Source: Alkalispirochaeta sp. (GTDB lineage Bacteria > Spirochaetota > Spirochaetia > DSM-27196 > Alkalispirochaetaceae). Taken from it: a stretch of 64,000 bases of DNA. Shown one piece after another: positions 38,871 through 46,255 of this stretch. A program made the translations under genes and the position numbers. Numbering within the stretch: position 1 is the stretch's first letter; every line of letters begins with the position of its first letter. Where the stretch lies: assembly GCA_965601925.1 (NCBI GenBank), contig OZ271854.1, forward strand, positions 1,120,001 to 1,184,000. Reading direction: 5' to 3'. The notes under the pieces are model-generated. The model was not told the DNA's origin, searched no databases, and worked only from the letters and a program-made list of their open reading frames with translations.

Positions 38871-39785
38871 CTATGCTCCTATCTCATTCAATCGAGAAAA
38901 AACTCGACCAAAGCCGGGGTCAGCGCTTCCGGCGATACGTCGTGGGTCTGTCCGTCCAAACTGCGATACTGCGCGTCGAGCAGGCGGTTCGGACAGGGCT
39001 CGTACGCTTCGCTGCTGGTAATCCGGACTCGCGCCGCCGGCAATCGCAAGGGTCGGAACGGTCACCTCGCGCCAGCGCTCCACCGGAAGCGGATTTCCCG
39101 ACATCGTGGTACCCATGACGGTACCGTCGTATGAAAGAGTGTGGGCCACCTCTTCAAAGGCGGGCCAGAAATCCATTTCACGCATCGGGGCCACATGGTC
39201 GGCGGGCACGCCGACCGCCCGGGTCATGAAGTACTCGACCGCATCGCCCCTTCGTCCTTCGGCGATCATGGCGTTCAACCGGGTGACATAGTCGTCCGGT
39301 AGAGGCGCGCGGCTGTCGTCGACTATAAAGGGCGGCTCGTAGAGGGCGAGCCTTGTGATGGGAAGCCCGGCGGCCGCGGCGTCCAACGACAACACCGCCC
39401 CGGACGAAATGCCGAGTACGAAGGCCTCGCCTCCCATCGCATCGATAATCGCCGCGAGGTCTTCAATCTCGCGCGCCACCGCATACGGCGGCGTGTCGCC
39501 CGACTCGCCTCGGCCACGACGATCATAACTCACCACCGTGAAATGCTCTTCCAGAATCTCCCAGCCCGGGGGTACCGGAAAGCCGCGGTGATAAAAGGCG
39601 CCGCCGACGGAGATCAGCGTCGGTCCGGTGCCGGCCACTTCGTAGGCGATAGACGTACCGTCCCGCGAAGAAACGTACTGTGTCACAGTTTCCTCCTTTT
39701 GATCGACGCCGTGTGGCGTCGTGCTACATCCGACAATCACCGCCGCAACGAGTACTGCGACGGGTGTAATCCGGTATCTGCTCAT
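38871..39785 (-). pseudogene. Alpha/beta hydrolase with a +1 frameshift near 38988
   Basis: YDRRGRGES and GISSG present; family-type C-terminus LDGQTHDVSPEALTPALVEFFLD* (stop at 38888) lies in another frame. Confidence 0.8.
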
Positions 39786-40243
39786 AGTCCTGTCCTCCGC
39801 ACCTTGGAGAAGCGCATGTTCATCCAGTGAATCCACCTATAGTCATCAAAGCGCTCCCAGGTCGCACTCATTGACGTCCCATCCGAACCTAAAACGAGTG
39901 TCGCGCGTATCGCCTCATCGGCGAACAGAAGATTGCCGTTGGTGTCCAGCGACGCCCACATCACCGCGTGACTGCCGTCGTTTTGGAATGCATGCATCGC
40001 ACAAGCCTTTTTCGACTCGTTGTATTCACCGATGATCTCCATGACGTCGACTTTTTCAACTCCGACGTGGACATCCACGCGGTGGATGAGGAACTGCTTG
40101 CCGCGAAGCCACTCGTAAGAGTCCGTCCCGGAGACTGTCAGCAACGAACCATCGGGAGCGGACATCTCACCGGTGGAGTTCCAGACGCCGGTCAGAGCAT
40201 CCAGAGATCTAAGTATCGCGTTCTTCGGTTCCATATCTCTCAT
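39782..40243 (-). CDS. DUF1579-like beta-barrel protein
   Basis: L--L-G-W---G, GTDSYEWL-G-FL-H, W--WM---F. Confidence 0.75.
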   Translation of the reverse strand: MRDMEPKNAILRSLDALTGVWNSTGEMSAPDGSLLTVSGTDSYEWLRGKQFLIHRVDVHVGVEKVDVMEIIGEYNESKKACAMHAFQNDGSHAVMWASLDTNGNLLFADEAIRATLVLGSDGTSMSATWERFDDYRWIHWMNMRFSKVRRTGL

Positions 40244-40725
40244 GCGCGTCCGTCCCGGGCTTTCGCGCCGCGTACGTGTTCAGCCAAGCGGTCGAACGCT
40301 TCACCCCATCCTTCGCCGTGGGAGTCGCGGTTCGCCACGGAATCGAAGAAGGCTTGATGGAACGCAAAGCTGGTTTTGCCGTCCGACTCGGTAAAGGTCA
40401 CGGTTACCAGCGTGTCGTGGTCCACATCGCCGGCTTCGTTTTCCCAACCGTGCGTAAATACCAATCGATTATGGGGCTCGATTTCACGGTAGACGCCGCG
40501 AAGCCAAAATTCACTCCCCTCGAAGTTGTAGCCGCAGCGGTATCCGCCTCCCGGTCGCACGTCGAACTGCGGCGCCAGAAGCGTGCACCCCTTGGGACCG
40601 AACCAATGTGCCAGTTGGGAGGGATCGGTCCAGGCGCGAAACACCACCTCGCGCGGTGCGTCGATGGTACGGGTGATGTGGAGCTCGCGATCGGCGCGTG
40701 TGGTCGATTCGGTGTGTGTCGTCAT
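40240..40725 (-). CDS. SRPBCC/AHSA1 domain protein (close paralog of 35473-35937)
   Basis: Shared WFGP-GCTLLAP-FDVRPGG-YRCGY, THGWENEAG-V-HDTLVTVTF, RDSHGEGWGEAF. Confidence 0.92.
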   Translation of the reverse strand: MTTHTESTTRADRELHITRTIDAPREVVFRAWTDPSQLAHWFGPKGCTLLAPQFDVRPGGGYRCGYNFEGSEFWLRGVYREIEPHNRLVFTHGWENEAGDVDHDTLVTVTFTESDGKTSFAFHQAFFDSVANRDSHGEGWGEAFDRLAEHVRGAKARDGRA

Positions 40726-40865
40726 ATTCTTTCTCTCCTATATCTCGGATCGCCGTGCATCTTCGGAAGTGTCAGTGAGAGCGTTTCTCTACGCATCGTG
40801 TTCATCGTCACGGTTCGGGTGATGTGGAGCTCGCGTTCGGCGTCCGGTTCAGTATCGGTAATCAT
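40722..40865 (-). pseudogene. SRPBCC gene remnant (N-terminus only)
   Basis: Strong RBS GGAGGAGG; MITDTEPDAERELHITRT matches neighbour ADRELHITRT, then similarity stops. Confidence 0.65.
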
Positions 40866-40906
40866 GGTTCCTCCTCCGTGTCCTCTGCGCTCTCCGTGCG
40901 AAAAAA

Positions 40907-42244
40907 TCACCCCGCCACCGCCTCGTCGGCGAGACCGCTATTCCCGGAGTAGTGCCCCGACAGTTGCCGATATGCCCGCGAGCCCATGGCGGCGAGGGTC
41001 ACCGCAAGTCCGATAACGCCGGCGACGATGAAGACCAACGCCATGGCGCGCACCGCCCCGGTACCGAACCAGGCGCCGATCGACGCGACGCCGCCGCCGG
41101 TCGTCATAAAGGGAATCACCCACAAGTCCGCAACGGGCCCGATCAAAAACGCCGTAACGGGAGAGGCGGCGGTCTCCACGGCCTGGGCAAAACCGAAGAC
41201 GCGTCCCTGTACCTCAAAGGGGACCACTCGTTGGACGATGGTCTGCTCCGCCGCCTCAACCGCCGGCATAAGGCACAGGTAGATGAAAAACCCGACGATG
41301 AGCGGCACGACCGACGAGTAGAGCGGAAAGAGGATCGTGACCGTCCACATGGTGATATTGGCGAGAAAGAGCGTGCGGAGCGGCGACGTACCGAGCCCAC
41401 GCCGCGCGACGACGATTCCCCCCAGAATGAACCCCACACTCAAAAAGCCCCAGATGATACCCCACACTTCAACCGATACGAGTTCCAAGCCGTACGGATC
41501 GATGAGGGACATGAAAACGCCGCCTAAAAAGTTGTTGAAAGTTGAAAAGAAGATGAGGCCGAAGAGTCCCGGGACGGCGGCGATCGCCGCCACGGCGCCT
41601 TTGACGTCGATCGCGGGCGCCGGTCGCTCTCCGTCGCGGGTCGGTGTACCGGCCACGTCCGGTTCCGGAATCGCGATCGATAGAAGGTCGAGACAGGTCA
41701 CGACGGTCAGCACCACCGAGATACCCAGGGCCCAGGTCATACCGAGCCTGCCGACGACCAAACCGCTGAAGACGGTCGTAACGGCAAAGGAGATACCGTT
41801 GACGGTCCCGACCAACCCGTTTGCCCTATCGCGTTCGCCGTCGGGCACCAGGAGTGTCACACAAGTGGATAGGGCGATTCCGCGCACGTTACCGATCACC
41901 GAGCCTGAGAGAATGATAAGTACGAAGGCCCAGAATCGTAGGCTCGTGAGCACTAAGATGCTCCCCGGCGGTGAGAAGAGAAAGAGTAGTGTTGCAGCCA
42001 CAAATGCGGCGAGCGATACGACGTTGGAAAAGAGCATCGCCCCTTTCTTCTTGTGGCGATCGACGAAGGTACCGAAGAGGAAGCCCGAGAGGGCGGAGAG
42101 CAGCATGAACGAGCCGCCGATGATCGAGGTCGCCAGAACCGACCGTGTTTCGAGGTACGCCCAATAGGTCACGGAGAACCAGAGAAAGTTGGTAGTGAGG
42201 CCGGCGGCCATTGTGTTGATCAATAGTCTATGAAACGGTTTCAT
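40907..42244 (-). CDS. MFS transporter (DHA3-like), copy 2
   Basis: MKPFHRLLINT; long identical blocks with 22574-23893; AAGGAG RBS. Confidence 0.92.
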   Translation of the reverse strand: MKPFHRLLINTMAAGLTTNFLWFSVTYWAYLETRSVLATSIIGGSFMLLSALSGFLFGTFVDRHKKKGAMLFSNVVSLAAFVAATLLFLFSPPGSILVLTSLRFWAFVLIILSGSVIGNVRGIALSTCVTLLVPDGERDRANGLVGTVNGISFAVTTVFSGLVVGRLGMTWALGISVVLTVVTCLDLLSIAIPEPDVAGTPTRDGERPAPAIDVKGAVAAIAAVPGLFGLIFFSTFNNFLGGVFMSLIDPYGLELVSVEVWGIIWGFLSVGFILGGIVVARRGLGTSPLRTLFLANITMWTVTILFPLYSSVVPLIVGFFIYLCLMPAVEAAEQTIVQRVVPFEVQGRVFGFAQAVETAASPVTAFLIGPVADLWVIPFMTTGGGVASIGAWFGTGAVRAMALVFIVAGVIGLAVTLAAMGSRAYRQLSGHYSGNSGLADEAVAG

Positions 42245-42281
42245 GCACGTTACTCCTTGTGTTGCGCCACGGTGAGGGCAT

Positions 42282-42674
42282 TCAGTCCTGCTTCGTATGC
42301 CCGTCCGTATCGCGTACCGAGTCGTCGCCCTTCGCGGCGTCCTCGTCTCCGGCCTGCAACTGTGCGAGGTACTCGTCCAGCCGGTCGAAGCTCTCCTCCC
42401 AGAAGCGGCGGTATTGCTCGATCCACCCCGATGCACGCTGGAGCGGTTCGGGCCTGAGCCTACACGGCCTCCATTGGGCCTCGCGTGTGCGTGTGATGAG
42501 CCCCGCCCGCTCCAGAACCTTGAGATGCTTCGAGATTCCCGGGAGACTCATTTCGAACGGCTCGGCGAGCTCCATGACCGAGGCCTCACCGGCCGACAGG
42601 CGCGTGAGGATCGCTCGGCGAGTGGGATCGGCGAGGGCTGCGAACGTTTTACTCAGTTCGTCGGTTGCTATCAT
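42282..42674 (-). CDS. ArsR/SmtB family regulator (SRPBCC-associated type)
   Basis: FAALADPTRRAIL, SKHLKVLERAGLI, FWEESFDRL. Confidence 0.93.
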   Translation of the reverse strand: MIATDELSKTFAALADPTRRAILTRLSAGEASVMELAEPFEMSLPGISKHLKVLERAGLITRTREAQWRPCRLRPEPLQRASGWIEQYRRFWEESFDRLDEYLAQLQAGDEDAAKGDDSVRDTDGHTKQD

Positions 42675-42687
42675 TTATTTAACCCTT

Positions 42688-42736
42688 TAGCTAATTAGCT
42701 ATTAAGTAAAATAAACGATATGAACACCGCCGTCAA
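42688..42736 (-). promoter_or_regulatory. Promoter and palindromic operator of the ArsR-SRPBCC operon
   Basis: Minus strand TTGACG(42736-31)-17bp-TATTTT(42713-08); perfect 14-bp palindrome TAGCTAATTAGCTA at 42688-42701. Confidence 0.75.
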
Positions 42737-42965
42737 GCTTTTTTTTCGTAATGTTGTCTCGCGGTGCGACACAAGACCGCGTTAGGGAGTTCGGCTCTCC
42801 CTCCTCGAGGCCGGTCGCCGTCGTATCCGGCCCGGCAGTCGGCTTGCGGTTGTTTGAGTGGGTTCGGTCATCGTCACACATGGAGCTGATAGACATCGCA
42901 GACAAACGGTAGGCCCAACTCTCTCGCCGATACGCGACTCGAGCCGTAGAAGGTACCGCAGCTTC

Positions 42966-43007
42966 TTTACACTCGTTTAACGGTGTTATATCGTTTTATC
43001 GCGATAT
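42966..43007 (+). promoter_or_regulatory. arsR-arsM promoter/operator
   Basis: TTTACA(42966-71)-17bp-TATCGT(42989-94); inverted repeat ATATCG-N8-CGATAT at 42988-43007. Confidence 0.7.
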
Positions 43008-43323
43008 GACGATAAAAGAAATGCGGGATCTACCGAGGGACATGCAAGAGCTCGGCAGCTTTTTTAAGGCCTTAGCGGGCGAAACCAGGCAGAGAGTTCT
43101 GTGCATGTTCCTGTGCGCACAAGAGCTGTCGGTGAACGAAGTCGCGGAGCGCATCGGAATCGGACAATCGACCGCGTCGGAAAGCCTGGACGTGCTGAGG
43201 CGAACCGGTATGCTCACGGCGCGCCGAAGCGGCAGAACCGTGTTCTATCGAGCCGATCGCGCACGAGCGTTGGAACTGGTGGAGAAGCTTCGCCGGTTCC
43301 TCACCACGTGCTGTACGGACTAA
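43006..43323 (+). CDS. arsR: ArsR family repressor with C-terminal Cys-Cys
   Basis: FKALAGETRQR wHTH; ends TTCCTD; precedes arsM-like gene. Confidence 0.8.
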   Translation: MTIKEMRDLPRDMQELGSFFKALAGETRQRVLCMFLCAQELSVNEVAERIGIGQSTASESLDVLRRTGMLTARRSGRTVFYRADRARALELVEKLRRFLTTCCTD

Positions 43324-43387
43324 CGGGGTCGGTTCTTTCAAGGCGTCGCGGTCGGCGGCCGGCGTAGGTTGCTTGCAGGAGGACAAT

Positions 43388-44215
43388 ATGCCGCTCTCAC
43401 GTAAGAAGATAGAAGGGGAATACACGGCTGCAATTCACGGACGCGGGGCCGGACTCGTTGCCGGGACCGGAAAGGCGCGGTTTGCCGCATACGCCCCCGC
43501 ATCGGTATCGGAGGAGCTACTGGAAACCTCGTTCGGATGCGGCGATCCGGTGGCGTTCAGTCGGATCGAACCGGGCCAGACCGTGGTAGATCTCGGTTGC
43601 GGCGCCGGTCTCGACCTGATCCTTGCGGCGCAACGGGTCGGCCCGACCGGACGCGTAATCGGCGTAGACGCGAGTGAAGCGATGATCGAACGCGCTCGGG
43701 ACAACGCCCAAAGATCTCGATTCACCAACATCGACATTCGGCACGGCGCGATCGAGTCGCTTCCGGTGGCGGATGCGTCCGTCGATTGGGTCATCTCAAA
43801 CTGCGTTATCAATCTTTCGAGCGACAAAGAGCGCGTGTTTCGCGAGATCGCCCGCGTCTTGCGACCGGGAGGACGGATGTTGGTCTCGGATATCGTGGCG
43901 GAAGGACTTCCGCGCTGGATACGTCGCACCGGGCTCCTTGTCGCCGCGTGCGTCGCGGGGGCGATAACCGAGAAGCGATACCTCGAAGGGCTTGAAACCG
44001 CCGGGTTAAGCGGTGCAACGATACTGGCACGCCGGTACTACGAGGCGTCTCAGTTCGCCGCGGTGGTCGTAGATATGCTCCCGCGCTGGATGAGGCGCAT
44101 TCGCTGTTGCGGACGGCAGCCGGCTATGGCCCTTTTCACCCGTATCGCTCGTCCCTTTGCCGGGCGACTGTGGAGCGTCCGGGTAAGTGCCGTGCTTCCG
44201 GCTCGCATGGAGTAG
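43388..44215 (+). CDS. arsM: Arsenite methyltransferase-like SAM-dependent methyltransferase
   Basis: SFGCGDP, VVDLGCGAGLD, ISNCVINL, ACVAGA: three conserved ArsM cysteines. Confidence 0.78.
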   Translation: MPLSRKKIEGEYTAAIHGRGAGLVAGTGKARFAAYAPASVSEELLETSFGCGDPVAFSRIEPGQTVVDLGCGAGLDLILAAQRVGPTGRVIGVDASEAMIERARDNAQRSRFTNIDIRHGAIESLPVADASVDWVISNCVINLSSDKERVFREIARVLRPGGRMLVSDIVAEGLPRWIRRTGLLVAACVAGAITEKRYLEGLETAGLSGATILARRYYEASQFAAVVVDMLPRWMRRIRCCGRQPAMALFTRIARPFAGRLWSVRVSAVLPARME

Positions 44216-44461
44216 CAACCCGCTCTTTCCGACTGCACCAGCCGTCGCACAGATGCGATAGCGGCTCACATTGCAACAGGCGCGCTTCCGCCACGGCGCC
44301 GGTCCGAAAAAACGGAGGACGCGGCGTAGCGTGCTCGCTGTGAAGGGTCGTTACAGGTACCGCGCGATCCATCGTCAATCTTCGAGGACCTCTGCGCACC
44401 TTAGCAAGAATTGCCAAGACCGACACTCTGAACGCCGGCATGCTTCTCACCGGGGGTTGTT

Positions 44462-44863
44462 ATGAGAAACGTATGCCCGTTTATCATCTTTTCAGGAACC
44501 TGTCGGGAAGCGATGGAGTTTTACCGCGACTGTTTTCGTGGAACCATCACCACGATGCAGACCGTCGGTGATTCGCCGCTCGGCGTGACGGGGAAGCATG
44601 CCGGTCGGATCTTCAACGCAGTCCTGGAGGCCGACGGATTGCGGCTGATGGCGAGCGATGACCAACCCGATCGGCCCGTCGTCGCCGGAGACACCGTGTC
44701 GGTGTTTGTCTCGTTCTCCGACGCAGATGATCAACGTTCGGTCTACGATTCGCTTGCACGCGGCGGGACGGTTATCATGGATCTGGATGATACGATGAGC
44801 GGCTCCGGGTTCGCGATGGTCCGCGACCGTTTCGGGGTAAGCTGGATGCTCGCATTGCAGTAA
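44462..44863 (+). CDS. VOC/PhnB family protein
   Basis: F-G-CREAMEFY, LMASD, DRFGVSWM. Confidence 0.9.
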   Translation: MRNVCPFIIFSGTCREAMEFYRDCFRGTITTMQTVGDSPLGVTGKHAGRIFNAVLEADGLRLMASDDQPDRPVVAGDTVSVFVSFSDADDQRSVYDSLARGGTVIMDLDDTMSGSGFAMVRDRFGVSWMLALQ

Positions 44864-44873
44864 AGGGGGCGCG

Positions 44874-45785
44874 GTGCCGACGAACTACTGGGTGGAACGG
44901 GTCAATCGAGCGATCAATCGGGTTCGCATGGAGCCTGAGCGAGCGTGGTCGGTCGAAGATGTTGCCCGGGAGTCCGCCGCATCGCCATTCCACTTTCACC
45001 GCATCTTTTCCGCAGTCACCGGAGAGACGGTGGCAGCATTCGTGCGGCGCGTCCGTCTCGAACACGCCGCGTATCTCCTGAAGTCGGGGCCGTCGCGGTC
45101 GATTACCTCGGTTGCGATGAAGTTGGGCTTCGCGAGCTCCGCGGAGTTCTCGCGAGAGTTCAGGCGTGAGTACGGCGTCGCTCCGAGCCGATGGGACCGT
45201 AACTCGCGCATCGATCGTATTCCCAAAGTGAACGCCGCGGCACACCGGCCCGAACCGGTAGCTGCGACCGTCATATCGGTGCCGAAATGCCGCGTAGCCT
45301 TCATCCGGATGAAGACGTGGTTCGAGATTCCGGTGCTGCAACGCGGATATGACCTGCTCGTGGAGGCCCTTGAAGCGGACGGGTTCGATTGGCGCTCCGG
45401 CCGCCTCGTCGGCATGAGCTGGGACAACTACGAGACGACGCCCCTCGAACTGGTTACCTATGACCTGGGGTTCGTCGTTCCCGCCTCCTTCGAACCGCGC
45501 GCAGGGCTCACATGCGTCGACCTGCCGGCCCACGATGCGGTCACGGTGCGGTGCGCCGGCGAGCTACGGCTCGTTGCGGACGCCTGGGACTTTCTCTATG
45601 AACGGTGGCTTCCCGAACACGAGCGTGAGCCGGATAGTCTCCCAACCATGAAGTGGTTCGTCCGCCGCCCGGACGAGATCGGCTGGGATCGTTGGGAGGT
45701 CGATTGTGCGATCCCGTTGGCGGCCGCATGGGGGACCGCATCTCTTCGTGCGGCCGAAGTGGGCCGTGGGAAAACGGGGCGATGA
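44874..45785 (+). CDS. AraC regulator with GyrI-like effector domain
   Basis: SPFHFHRIF---GET, GFASSAEFSREF, LYERWLP. Confidence 0.9.
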   Translation: MPTNYWVERVNRAINRVRMEPERAWSVEDVARESAASPFHFHRIFSAVTGETVAAFVRRVRLEHAAYLLKSGPSRSITSVAMKLGFASSAEFSREFRREYGVAPSRWDRNSRIDRIPKVNAAAHRPEPVAATVISVPKCRVAFIRMKTWFEIPVLQRGYDLLVEALEADGFDWRSGRLVGMSWDNYETTPLELVTYDLGFVVPASFEPRAGLTCVDLPAHDAVTVRCAGELRLVADAWDFLYERWLPEHEREPDSLPTMKWFVRRPDEIGWDRWEVDCAIPLAAAWGTASLRAAEVGRGKTGR

Positions 45786-45786
45786 T

Positions 45787-46098
45787 ATGGATATCGCGCA
45801 AGAGATAGCGGCATGGAACGGGAAGTCGGCCGAGGGAATCGAACGAGTATGTCATCATACCGAACATTTCATGAACTCAGTAGCGGAACACGCAAAGTAC
45901 GTAGAGGCTTTCTTGCGGAAGACACCGACCGACTCAAACAAGTTTGTTCGGGCGTGGTCGTACCATGAGCTCTATAAACCGGCGAGACACCATGCCGAGT
46001 ATCGCGACGAACTCGAGGCGACGTTTGAAACGGCGATGCGCAATGAAGCTGCATCCGTACGCGATAGAATTCGCGCCGTCATGAAGAACGGTCTATAA
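45787..46098 (+). CDS. Short helical-repeat hypothetical protein, possibly internally deleted
   Basis: NKFVRAWSY and EAASVRDRIR HEAT-like elements. Confidence 0.5.
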   Translation: MDIAQEIAAWNGKSAEGIERVCHHTEHFMNSVAEHAKYVEAFLRKTPTDSNKFVRAWSYHELYKPARHHAEYRDELEATFETAMRNEAASVRDRIRAVMKNGL

Positions 46099-46255
46099 CA
46101 ATCGAGATGCGCTCGACCTCCGAACGCCGTTGCACTCCTCTTTTCGATTTCCGGTAATGTGCGACCCTCGGCAATGATCATACTCAACGGCGATCGGTGG
46201 CTCACGCGCGCATCATACCTTGTCCATGCGGCGCGAACCGAGTAGCGTTCTTACC

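Noticed and set aside
44405..44419. CAAGA-N5-CAAGA direct repeat upstream of the VOC/AraC-GyrI genes
   Set aside because: Plausible AraC site but too short to distinguish from chance
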